A DNA stretch of 62,528 nt, counting the filler, from Collodictyon triciliatum (lineage: Eukaryota): assembly GCA_043381765.1 (NCBI GenBank). It is 5 parts of 5 records of this genome, joined end to end, with 100 filler letters (N's around TTAATTAATTAA, not from the genome) between each part and the next. Parts side by side here need not be neighbours in the genome. Positions count along the whole stretch, not along the records: positions 22,806 to 36,883 come from JBHJMP010000218.1; positions 36,984 to 48,907 come from JBHJMP010000219.1; 3 more parts are not named here. One strand, written 5' to 3'. This document shows positions 27,101 through 40,200 of this stretch, piece by piece. The notes under the pieces were generated by a model. That model did not search any database. It was given only the letters and a program-made list of their open reading frames with translations, and was not told the DNA's origin. How positions within the stretch are numbered: the first letter of the stretch is position 1; every line of letters starts with the position of its first letter. A program made the translations under genes and the position numbers.

Positions 27101-30100
27101 ATAATGATAATGATAATGATAATGATAATGATAATGATAATGATAATGATAATGATAATGATAATGATAATGATANNNNNNNNNNNNNNNNNNNNNNNNN
27201 NNNNNNNNNNNNNNNNNNNNNNNNNNNNNNNNNNNNNNNNNNNNNNNNNNNNNNNNNNNNNNNNNNNNNNNNNNNAATGATAATGATAATGATAATGATA
27301 ATGATAATGATAATGATAATGATAATGATAATGATAATGATAATGATAATGATAATGATAATGATAATGATAATGATAATGATAATGATAATGATATGGT
27401 AAACCTCTTTCATCGAAATTGCTTCTGCCAAGTCATCCAAGGCAAAGGGTGTGATTTTGCATGTTCGACTAAAACATATAAAGTAAACAATCACATATTA
27501 GTGGTGAGTATAATTTGTCGTAAAGGGTATCGTTTTGACCATCTCTGGTGGGAAAATGGCTACATGTAAATGTAAAACTACCCAAATGTTTGGACAAAGC
27601 TCCAGACCATCATCAAGGGACTTTGCGAGAAGATGAAAAGGTATATAAACAAAGTATGACAATAAAAAGTTAATAGTATAGAATTAAGAATAATCCAGTA
27701 TATATATATATGAATATTGAATCGAGTCCTAGTAAAAGGAAGCAGTACATAAGAAAGACTTTATACTAATCGGTACCCAATTTCTTTTGAATCCACACCA
27801 AAATCGCGTGATAGCGTTGGATATGGGCCTTCATTTTTCCGCTCTGCCAAAGGAACTAGGCTATCTGTGCGAGCATTTTCAAAAAAGAGAGAGAAATTGA
27901 AACCAACCTTACAAAGAAATTTGAAATGTGATAATTGACTGAGATAACAACCAATCAATCCCATAAATTATCTCAATATATACACTGTGGTGGTTATAAA
28001 ACAGGCTGAACCTTCCATCGGGTATTTTATCGTCTTGAGCGCGTCTCTCTTCTCTAAATTAAAATATAAGATTGAGTTTTGAAAAGAAAAGTGCAAGTGG
28101 ATTAACCACTAACTTTTCCTCTCTTCAAATTTTTGGACCCTTTTTTCTTCTGCGAGTTGTATACGCTGGGCCAAGATTTCTTCTTTCTTTATCCTTCTTC
28201 TTTCATGGGCCTCGGACTAATATGTCGTATTAATATAAGTTTTTCTATATTGGGTTTGTTTTTAAAAATAATGGAATATTATAGATGAACGGTTTCAACA
28301 AAACTGGTTAATAAAAATATACAAATCCAATATCAAATATGAGTATAAACCTTCAGAATTTCTCGTTTTTGCTCTTTAGTTAGTTCCTCAGTGGCCTGGT
28401 GTATATTTTAATCGATATTTGTGTGCAAAGATCGAAAAAGAAGATAAAGCAAAATACAAATACAAATACAAAAGATAATGGTTAGTTTGTGTCAAGGACT
28501 TTCACAAATAGTTTTCTACCAAAGGTCGGAATTGGCAAAGAATTTATTTACTTCGATGTCTGTCACCTCTGCGCCTTCAGATGATAGCTACAGAGAAAAG
28601 AAAGAACCCATTTTAGAAAGCGAAGAATTTATCGGTTGGTAAGAGCCAATATTTATAAAAGGATCATATTATATGGCATCAAAGCCTACTTTTCCTTTCT
28701 TTCCGCAGGATTCATTTACACCAGTTAACTCATACGTCTCAACGCCAGACTCCTGCACATCCATCGATTAAGTATCAGATTATATTAAAAAAAAAAAAAA
28801 GCTAACTCTTTTGCAATTCCCAATTTGGGCTGGGCATGCGAAGCACAGCCAAACAAACCCTCATGAATTCGTCCTGGACAATCCAGCGACCATACATCGG
28901 CTGTGTTCTCTGCGAGATTTGGCGAATCTTGAGACGTATCAACACTTTATCGATTGCAGGGCGTTTGCGGCTATATAATCAGCAAATAATAAATCAGAGG
29001 GATATTTCCCATTCGCGATATTTCTTAGGTACTGGTATTTTCTTTCATCGAGACATATTTTTATAATACAATCGATTCATGTGAATATGAAGAAAAGGCC
29101 CGCTCTTACCTTAATGAAGCACCCGTCACAGTGATGACAGCGGTGTGGTCTGCACTGCTTAAATTTACAGAAAGTGACTTGGCTTCGACTTTGTACACGA
29201 ATTTCGATAAAAGCGCTGAGGTTGATGTGGAGATTGACTGGACTTCGGATGTTGGTTTGTCATTTGAATCAAACGGTTCCATCGCATCTAATTGAAGGTT
29301 TGGAAAAGGGAGATTCTCTATCTCAGAATCAGGTGGGCGCTTTTCCATCGAGATAACTTTCACGTGGATGCTATAATTTATCAATTTAAGTGTCAAAAAT
29401 GATTCGCGATATGAGCCGAAATGACTGACGACTATATGAGGCGAATGAATGAGTGACGAGAAATAATTTAATGCAACATATTTTTATACAAATGATGAGA
29501 TTGTCAATAATATATCCAAACGTGTTGAACACATGTGTATTAAGCTGTAACTCCCGAATCATAAAAGATTAAAAGTGTAGAAATAGATGTGTTGCAGTTT
29601 TGTATACATGTCACCACGCCTCACGGCAAACCCCTCTTCTCCAGGCATAAACTCCCAACTGAAGCGTCTATATGCTGTTTCAGTCAACTCTTCCAATGTA
29701 GCTGAAGCTAGGCAGAAATCAAGTGTGCATATTGTAAGGACCGAGCAGAGTGGGTTGGAATTAAATTGATAAATGTGAATAATCAAATGTGAGTGTCGGT
29801 GTACAGTTGTGAACGACTTCAATCAAGGCTCTCAAATGCGTCTGTGGGAATTTCTTCAAAGTCTTGATAACGTCACATTCACATTGATATGCCTTTTTTT
29901 TTTTAAAAAAAAAAAAAGAAGGGAGAAAATGGTAAGAAAAAGTACGCTCATGAATATTTCTTCCGGTGGCTGGTATACATATTCTTTTAAATTGCGAATG
30001 TGTATGTATGATAGGAATGCGCGCAAAAAAATAATAATAATCATAATCATGGTCATAGTCATAAAGAGGAGCCTAGCACATTAATTGAAAGAAAAACCTC

Positions 30101-30438
30101 TGCATAAGATAAATTAGATTTCCCGGTATATTTGCAGCTCCATATCTTTTCTTTGTAGAAAAACAGCTTCTTTCTGTACTCTCTGATCCCATTTATCAAA
30201 AGAATGAGTATAGGTCTACATAGTTTAAAGAAACAAAAAAAAAAACAAGCATTGTAAAAGTATTCACTTGAAAGTCTTTAGTATAAGCCACAAGGCAACA
30301 ATGGTATGTTTCCATAGAATCTTACTCGTAGGTATCGAATACCTCTCCGGTGTAAGGAAATAGGAACATAGGCTCATCCTTGGAATCGGCATTTAAAGTC
30401 CCTGTGATTTCATACGACCGTTTTCGAAGCAGAGGCAT
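24179..30438 (-). CDS. WAC-DDT-WHIM1-WSD domain ISWI-complex subunit (Itc1/ACF1-like, no PHD or bromodomain), about 25 exons
   Basis: WAC: MPLLRKR..TGEVFDTYEEYRKKLFFYKEKIWSCKYTGKSNLSYAEA. KYPMED. DDT: LMMVWSFVQTFG..ITPFALDDLAEAI. WHIM1: YAHLKTQEKICLLEFL. WSD: PIGHDREHQRYW..WGFY..LNDKGIREQKL. All splices are in phase. Confidence 0.9.
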
Positions 30439-31645
30439 TCCCCACTACTTTTGGCTATTGTCTTTGTTTTTCGACATCAGAATATTGGTCTTTTATCATA
30501 ATGAGATGGAACCCAAAATAAAAAAAAACAGAGAAGGGAGGAGGAGGTCTCTTGTTATAGAACATCTCTTGATATTATTATTTTTTGTAGCTATATCTTG
30601 ACTATCATCTCGTGCCCCATCACAATCACAAGCAAAGATAAAGGCTAACTAGAGGTGTATTTTGATCAAAAGAATGCATGCCTTCCGTGTGAAGAAAAGA
30701 CATTAGTATGTCGGATCTATATATCCATCAAGAAATATGGAAAGCATGTATATATGCACTTAGTGGCACGAGCGGGTTGGTTCGCCTTGCTTCTCTGCGT
30801 GAGAGCGCACAGGAATATCCCAGCCTTCACGTGGACGAATCGGCAAAAAGGATTTGATCATTTTCCAAACAAAAAAAATAAAAAATAAAAAAAATACAGG
30901 GCAATATAACACGTCGTACTTTGAGAGCGCCTGGTTGTATTCTTGCAAGAGATACCGAGTTCACGAGGGGCTGTTGTAATAACGCACGAGCCCAAGCGAC
31001 TGGACAGAGTCATTCTCTTAAGCCAGACAACAGCGGGCATACTGGATATATCACAACAAACCCATCGCAACTCTCGATGCAGTTCCTGATTTCTTTTGAT
31101 TGATTCATTGTGTGGTGAAATGGACATGGAATTGGTTTTTGTAGAGTTTCGAGTTGATTCATAATCTGGTTTTAAAAAAAAAATTGTTATTATTGTTATT
31201 ATTGTTATTATTGTTATTATTATTAGTCATGGTTGATAAACACCAACAAAGTAACAAAACCCAATTTCGCAGTCAACGATTTTTCGGCGCAACAAAACCC
31301 TCGATTTTTTAATATAAAAAAAAGGAAAAAAAAAATTACTATCGTGGTTGGCCTGAATTCTACTATTGGATGTCGCGGCTTTTCGGCCATTTGAATTTTT
31401 GAAAAATATACAGAGCAAAATGTACCGTGGATATATTCCAGTACTTTCGCCTTGGCTTTTGTGTTCTCATTGTTGCTGTTGTGGGCGTGGCAAATGAGGT
31501 TCGGCTGGTTGAGGCCTTTTTAGTTAGTGACCCTACGCCTCTACAATATAATCTTTTTTTATTATGGAAATCGCATACCAATCGGATTTTTTTATTTAAC
31601 TTGTGTCGACAGAGATGCGGTCATTGGATGGGAATAAGCAGCTTC

Positions 31646-33446
31646 CTATGCACGGTTGATATAGATGGAGTTTCTTGCAAGTAGCTCAGGAAGCTCATCC
31701 AGTCTGGAAATGACAATATCTGCCTGCGTTTTCAATTCTGCATTCTTCTCATTCAAAACTAAGCAAGTGGCAGCACCGGCATTTTTTCCGCATAGTATAT
31801 CATCCTATGAAAAGAAGAATTAGAGATGCAATTACCAGAAATACGCAGAGTATGGGAAGTGCGCAGCTCACAATGAAACAATTCTGCTCGGATTCGCTGC
31901 GTATTGATAAGTTGATGCCTTCCTGGTTTATTTTTTTAAAAGCTGTAATATAGCTTCGGTATTTTAAATCAGGTGACGTGTTAAATCTTACAATAGAATC
32001 TCCAATCATTATCGTGGATTCTGGTGCGACTCCGAATCTGTCACAAAGATGAATTAAGGGGGCAGCGTCGGGCTTGTATGGTCGGAATGACCGAGAAAGA
32101 GTGTGCGATAAGACGCCTCCTTCAGTGCCTGATTCATAATAATTGGTAGGGATATTTAATTGCGGCTATTATTTCATGTAATAATCTTGAAATATATGAA
32201 ATATTCGCCTTTGCTGGTAACTCAATCGCTTATACCTGCTCCCTCAATATTCAACAATCCTAAAAAGTGAGTAATTGCCTAAAGAAAGAAATAAAATGGT
32301 TTAATCCTTTGGTTATTACAACATACCACTAATTACATGAAAGGAGTCCAAAAATAACTGTGAAGATTGAAAAGGATCGATTTCTTTCATTCATTTATCC
32401 ACTTTTACTGTAATTCTGCTTTGAAAATCTTTTCATAGGACATGTGATTTTGACTCCTTTTCGAACCTCATCAGAGTTGCGTGTGATAATACCCGTAAGC
32501 GCTTTAGCATCATGGTGAAGCCAGTTAAGAGTTTCGCGAATCCCCGGTTGTAATTGTGTACCCTTGAAATGTGATATTCAAATGGCACATTTTGGAGTGA
32601 ATTTCTTCGTCTCAAATGCTGAAAATTAACACATATTTCCATAGAAATTATGTTTCAATAGTGGTGCTTTGAATCGAATAAAGGGAAAAAAATGCTTCAA
32701 TAGTGGTGAAAAGGTCTTCATTTTCTTTGCGGTTTAATAAAAAAAAAAAAAAGTATAGTTCAAAAGTTGATATTCAACCTTCCTGGCCTCCAATTCGACA
32801 TCCTCGATGATTGCGTTGAGCCTTGCTCTCTCCTCGGGACTTTTTCCCTCCATACATCCAATCAAATCCTCATGCGGCTGAATCCCCATTCTGCGTCTCA
32901 TTTCTTTGAAATCAATGTTGAGCTGTAATTTGAGGACAGGTACAGGTGAATATCATCATCATAGTGGAGGATTCTCGGGTAATAGTGTCCGGTATATTTT
33001 CATGACATTTTGAAAAGGGTATTCGAACAAAAGTCCAATCATATTGTGTATTTACGCAGAGTTTTTTATTTAAACATCATGTGTCTAATCATCCAACCAG
33101 AGATACGTTAATGATGATGGAAAAAATAATTAAGAACGAAACATTTAAGGTAAATACGGCATGAATGCGATACAAATGCGAACAGAATAATACAAGACAC
33201 GCCCTTGCCAGCGCAAGTATAGTGAAGAATAAAAAAGGGTTTATAAACATATATTTGGCATTATGGGTATTGTAAAGAAGCGAAGGATTGGCACAAAGTC
33301 TCAAGAAAATAGCAGACTGAGAGGCCACCGACCAGAGTCAAAGTTCCATCCATGTCGAAGCAGACAAACTTGATGGGCGCATACTTTTCTCCCTGCGGTG
33401 TTTTCCAAAGGAGATTCCCAAGGCTCTTTCCCCAGCGCAAAGCCAT
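31646..33446 (-). CDS. HAD-superfamily hydrolase (YOR131C-like), 6 exons
   Basis: Motif I FDMDGTLT, IDFKEMRRR, LQPG, IITRN, RPYKPDAAPL, MIGDSIDDILCGKNAG. Start codon uncertain. Confidence 0.9.
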
Positions 33447-34389
33447 CCGCACAGTTCTGGTTTCTTGCTTCTAAGACTATGGTATAGCTTCAATCAGTTA
33501 TTCGCCTTTAGAGACCGACAGGAATGGTGGATGAGCCACACAGGAAAACAAACTTGAGTATTAGCGATAGAAAATATATGATAGAAAAAAAATGTATAAT
33601 GGTGACAAGAACAACAAAGCAACGCGAAAAGCGGAAAAGACAAAAGCGATTTCCAAGGGCGGAATGCGTGCTGATTGAACGGTACCATTAGTGCCGCATC
33701 CACAGGCTTTCCTTTTCTCTAAAGACCCTGGGGTCTGTGGTGGCCATTGATTTCATCGGCTGTCGCTGTGATGATGTTCCGGCGAGTAGGAAACGGAAAA
33801 AAAAAGTGTGGGGGATAGAGGGGAAGGAATATGGCATAGATAAAGAATAAATAAATGGTCACGTGTGTGTTTTGTTTTGTGAGTCCCAAACTCTTCCCTT
33901 TTTTTTTTTCTCCTTTATTCGATTGAAGTGGGAAGGAAGGGGTTTTGGATTTTTGTGGGTCCCAAACTTATCACCAGGCAGAAAATCTTTCGGGCTCAAG
34001 TAATTCAGCTCGGTATTCAGTAAATAAAAATTACTTGGGCTCCCTTCTGATTGTGTGCTGTGTTGGTAGGCGATAGTCAAAAAGGGGGTTAATTTTTTTC
34101 CTCCTTTATTCGAGGGGTTAGTTAGTTTTAAATAGAATGTTCATATTGAGATTCATATATCCTCAGTGTTGGTTGGAGTATTTTTACAACAAGTACATTA
34201 GGTTCTCTGAATGCAACCATAAACTCAAGATGAAATTATGAAAGCAGCGGAACAACCGCCTGACTCGCTGTGAAACCAAGGAAATAAATACCTGGTCAAA
34301 AATCTTTCACTGAACGATATTATGTTTTTTTTAATATGTCTATGACGAAACAATATTTGTACGTTTTTTTTATTATTATTATTTTGTTG

Positions 34390-35711
34390 TTATTCGCTCC
34401 GTATCCATATCTTGGATGCATCGACATTGTAATCATACTCCATCCTCTTGATAGCTGCGTCAGCTGATGCCTGACCAACAAGCTTTGTGATCATATACAG
34501 GGACATGTCAATCCCTGCCGATATTCCGCCCGATGATACAATCTTTCCATTGTCAACTATCCGCATGTCTTTATGAATTGTACTTTTGGGAGCATTTTGT
34601 GCGAGTAAATCTAGTGCTCTGCATGACATAGTTAATGCGCCATGGCCATGTTCTCTTAAAAATCGAACCGCATAAATATTTTCAATAGAGTGCTTTCGTC
34701 AGACGCAAATATGAATCGTTTTCTTACATTAGATAAAATGTACTAGCGGTATAAATATTTTAAAAAAATCGGAGAAATGACATGTTTTGAAATGCTCCCT
34801 TGCTCAAAAAGAAAAAGGAGAAAAAACTATTACACCCTCCAAAAAATATAACATAAAATCATGAAGTGGTGAACCAACCCTTGATGCGTTGTGGTTGAGA
34901 GTCCGTCGAGCAGTCCGGCTCTTGCCACCAACAACGACCCGGTGCACACCGTTAACAAATGCCTTACAACTGGTTCTCTATCTCGTATAAATTGTATAAT
35001 TTTCTCATTCAACATTTCCCGGCGAGTTCCCTGTCCACCTTACAAATAAAATCGAAAAGTAAATAAAAAAAAAAGTATTTTGCGAAGGATAAATAGATAC
35101 CAAAATGGTGCGTGTAAATACAAACTGGAGTCGAGAATGGTAATTTACTATGTATGCGGCCCAGATAAATGTTCACAATTTGTCAATAACCTAATAAGTG
35201 CAATCATATATTTATATATCTTTCACTGCTAACTTTTACCTGGCACAATCAAAATCTCGACTGGAGGCATATCTGAGATACTGTGATGTGGCTGGACAAT
35301 CATTCCGCCCCGTGTTTTGATTGGTGCATTCGTTTCAGCGATAAGAATCACCTCAAAGGCAAACCTTTTATCAAATTGAACGGTGAGTTGGAATATAATT
35401 ATTATTAATTTAATTTAATTTAATCATATATCTAAAAGAATTTAAAAAAAGAAAGGGAGAAACATAATATTACGAGTGGTTTTTGTTTTATTTTTTGCTC
35501 CGCAGAGCTACATAGAAGAGTTCGCACTAAATGGTAAATGTAAATGGTTTGCTGGGGCTATAAACCCCATCCATAAGTCTGCTACTTACTCTTGCAATAA
35601 AGTCTGGGTCTCCTGGTCCACTTTTTGGGCTATGGCAAAGACTTCGAAAGGTCCGCAAAAATCCAGCACTTCGACGTCGTCAAAGACAAGGATCCCAACC
35701 TTTCGGCTCAT
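34390..35711 (-). CDS. DJ-1/PfpI family protein (isonitrile hydratase/ThiJ-like), 4 exons
   Basis: VGILVFDDVEVLDFCGPFEVF, ILIVPGGQGTR, catalytic-Cys motif VCTGSLLVARAGLLDG..TTH, VDNGKIVSSGGISAGIDM, MEY. Confidence 0.92.
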
Positions 35712-37244
35712 TTTCTCGGGATCTGCTCTCTAAATAACGCAGCAAAAACATAGGAAAAGAAAAAAATAGAGGGAAAAAAAAAAGACAAGTTTGTGATCAA
35801 ATGGCATGCGCTGTTATTCTGTTATCACAAACGGACGTTGCATTGGGTCCGGTGCAGGGAGGTCCTCGGCGTCTGTTTTTTTCGCGATATCTCGACCCTT
35901 TGCGCCCCGAAGAGAGAAAACTTTTAATGGACTCGCTGGACATGACGCACAAAAACCCTGATCTAAGCCACGAAAATGATATGTTTATTTCTGGAAATTA
36001 TATAATGTAGCTTTATATTACCTTTGTAAACTTTATATTGGCCCGTGTATTATCATAATATATACTCAATTGTATATATAGATGTTTGTAAAAGGATTTT
36101 CTGAGGCGGTAGCTACAGTCACTATTATGGTTATGGGAGCCTCACGCAGGACAATGTTGGCACGCGCCCTTATGATGAACCACAGGAATAGCCCTGCAAG
36201 ATATAATGTCTCCACATCCACTATTCTCTCTATATTTAGACTAAGAGGGTGTTATATTGGCTATTGCTTACTACGCCAGCTGTATACCCACTTGCGTGCA
36301 GAGCAACTACTAGTTATGAATAAATTCCTTTTAAATCCAGAAACGGATGCCCCAAATTGGCCTAATTTTTATGAGACAACGCACATTTATGCCATTTTCA
36401 CCAGAATAATCCGAAGTACAATTCTTGTGTAGAAAATATCCCGTTTTGTCGAGTTTTATTGAATAAAAGGTTCTTGCAATTTTTTTTTTGTAACCAACGA
36501 ACAATGGAGAGCTGGGTGGTTCCAACAGATATATATTAAGCGCTCCTTTCGCAATGCATTTTCTCCTCTAAGCAGTCGATGCCAAAGAAGACTTTGATTA
36601 TATTGCATCCTGAACAGAACACCTGATAATTATCATGTGTCAGTGGCTACTACTGAAACAACATAGTGTTCAATATATTTGCGAGACCAGTGTACTCATC
36701 AACAAGTGTGTCCGAAGACAAAACACACAAAACACACAAAACACACAAAACACACAAAACACACAAAACACACAAAACACACAAAACACACAAAACACAC
36801 AAAACACACAAAACACACAAAACACACAAAACACACAAAACACACAAAACACACAAAACACACAAAACACACAAAACACACAANNNNNNNNNNNNNNNNN
36901 NNNNNNNNNNNNNNNNNNNNNNNNNNNTTAATTAATTAANNNNNNNNNNNNNNNNNNNNNNNNNNNNNNNNNNNNNNNNNNNNAAAAAAAAAAAACAAAA
37001 AAACAAAAAAACAAAAAAACAAAAAAACAAAAAAAAAACAAAAAAACAAAAAAACAAAAAAACAAAAAAACAAAAAACAAAAACAAACAAACAAAAAACA
37101 AAAAACGAATAGGTATTTCATTTGAGCATAAGTCCCACAGAAGCTGTCAGCAAGTATCACAATCCTCCAAAGCCACCAAGAGATTACAACACAAGCATAA
37201 AGAGGAGGAACAAGGAAAGGAAGATACTCTTTCACAGCTCCACC

Positions 37245-40200
37245 ATGTCAGACTACACAGTAAGTTCTTGTATACGTTCCTTCACACAGAGTTGAAACTT
37301 AAGTTTGTATTGTTTCATTCAGCAAAAAAAAAAAAAGGTTGCGATCTATTTGCAATAAAACCCGAGCTTTTCAAGATAAAGTTAGAATGAAGCTAAGAAA
37401 AAATATTAAAAGAGACTTCATTAACATGGCGGAAACCTTTCAACACTAAAAGATCCCCATTAAAACTCTGTACAGTTTGACCTGCGTTCTCAAAAGACCC
37501 GATCGGCCTCGGCCTCGTTGTCTGCTCGTTCTTTACCGGACCGCAAAGACCCGGCCAACTCATCTCTTTTTCAACCTGGTCAGAGCCACATATTTGTTCA
37601 ATAATCATCTACTATGCACACATAGTGCCGTTCGATATCAATAGCCGAATGTTATCGCTTCTTCTTCTTCTTCTTCTTCTTCTTCTTCTTCTTCTTCTTC
37701 TTCTTCTTCTTCTTCTTCTTCTTCTTCTTCTTCTTCTTCTTCTTCTTCTTCTTCTTCTTCTTCTTTATCTATATCCACAATCTTTTCAATATGATATCCG
37801 GTGCATTTCCCTGAATTCAACCCATCTGTTATTAACAAATCCGTACGATTTATTTTTCATTCATTTTTTTTTCGACACAATAATTCCTCAGGCAGGATTC
37901 GGGCCAAAAAGGCGTTTCTGGATGATGGTGATGCCCTTACTGATGGACTGCGTACAACTTCTGCTCGCCAAGGAATCAACCAATCTGCCGAAACTAGCTC
38001 GAGGGTTTATGTTGCATCAAACGACCCAGAGAATCTGAAAGAAGAAAACAAAAGTCTGAAAAAGAAGGTTTCTCATTTTCGAAGCATAATCGCGTATTGA
38101 TTTTCTATTCCCCGATGCATCATGCGGTGTTGACTGTATTTTCTTCCCAAAATAAATTAAAAAAATAGAAGGATTGATGATATATTTATCGGATAGGTCC
38201 TCGAGCTTGAGGATGAAAAGATGAAACTAAGAACAAAAGTAACTGTGGTGGCTGACAAGTTAGACAAGAAGGAAAAGGAGGTTGAAGCAATATTAGACAA
38301 GGTACTGGATGAGACATAATAGTATAAAAAATTTTTCTTTTCCTTCCAAATTGAATGCTGCCAAATACAACACTTAATAAAGATTATCAATAATATCTAT
38401 CAGCTGGGCATATCACCTTCGCTAATATCATATACGTATCGGGGGAAATACCTATTATTTGTATCTTATGTCCTTCATTTTATGTCCAGATTCGATCAAC
38501 AGCAGGCGAAGACGGACTGAAATCGAAAACTGCACAAGCTGTTGGAAATGAAAAATATGCCGAAGTTTGCTGTCTTTTTTTCTTCTTTCTTTTTTGGACC
38601 GCTTCATTCTCTCTCTATGTCCGATTGCAATATCGTCATCCAATACTTTATTATTCTTATACACAGAATTTTGTACTTTGAATAATCTTTCCAGAATAAA
38701 GACATTCTGATATGGAGATTATTCATGGAATCACACATTTGGTTATAGATGGTGAAAAGGCTGAAAGTCAAGGTCAAAACTTTGGAGGATCTTCTGGCAG
38801 CTTCAGAGGACAAGCTAAGCAAGACAGTTGATGTTGAGTTTCACCACCGTCATGAAGAACTCGAAATAATGAACAAAAACTACCAGACAGAGGTTTTAGA
38901 TAAATCTAGCCACTACACCGATGCACTCGAATAATCCCTGGAACTTTCCAAGGTGCCTCAAAAGTCAATTTTTTCCAACCCATCTCTTCTTCCAGATTTT
39001 AAGACTTCAGACACTTGTAAGCAGCCGATATGTAGAAAACACCCGGAGCAAAATCATGGAGCTGGAAAATGATAACGGATTGCTTTCAAGAGAACTTTTT
39101 GAGCTCATTGTAATTACTGTCCTGTTTCAAATCATGATGATCAATTATGTTGGCCCAGAGTGAATCAAATCTATCTCATGCACCAATTACATGTTTAGAC
39201 ATTCCCTTAATTATTACTATTATTTGTGCTTGTACATAAACAACCATACAGAAACAGAAGAGGGATACCGATGAAAGAGTTGTTGACACCAGCAAGAAGG
39301 TAGAAAAACTGCAAGACATCGTAAAAATCATGGAGTTGAAGAATAAAGAGGATACGGATTACATGACAGAAAAATACATAAAGGTTTGAAATCGTGGCAT
39401 CGCACTTAATTTGAATTTTATCTTTATAATATCGTCATAAGATATTAAATAAATGAAGCAAGAGGTCTTCTCCAATCGACTGTGATTAATTAAATGTGGT
39501 CAGGCTTTAAAAAAACTATCCCAAGAAAACCAGTCCATGAAGGAAAAAGTGCTTGAAAGCAAGCAATTCGTCGCTCAGCTGATGCAATCGAAATGGTTTT
39601 GCTGCTTTATATTTGACATTTTCGGTATATTCATTCATTTTTGTATGGTGCTAGAGCAGAATAAGTCTGAGCGATTTTATCTAATCTATCCAAAACCACT
39701 ATTAAATCTTGTGCACTGAAACAGGGATGGGATATCAAGAATTAACGACGAGATTGTACAAGTGAGTAGATACATTTTCCTCTTTTTATTCCCTCTTTTT
39801 CCTTTTTTTTCCGGCTATTTAAATATATGGTTTCCAGAGTTTGGGAATGGTGGAGTGTAATATAATCTCAAAAGAAGAGAATTTGATTAATAATATGCTT
39901 CTAGAAATTCCAAAGTGAAATAGAGGCCAATAAAAGGTATCATGCTCACCAAATTATGGAAATGACGGCTGAATTCACTCGCAAGATGAAAGGTTATACT
40001 TATACACATATCTTGTCAAAAATTTTCATGTTTGTCACTAATGATAGATATGTTCATCTGCTGTTTATGCTCAATTTTATATTGCTATTTTTTTATTCTT
40101 TTGTTTTCTCTATGATTATTCTCAAGTATTTCAAACTGTAGAAATGGAGAGAGAGAAAGAGAGTCTCTTGCAAGAGATAAAATCACGCGACCGAGTTATT

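Noticed and set aside
35791-36200. Possible two-exon small ORF divergent from the DJ-1 gene
   Set aside because: An in-phase splice is possible, but the peptide is short with no recognisable motif.
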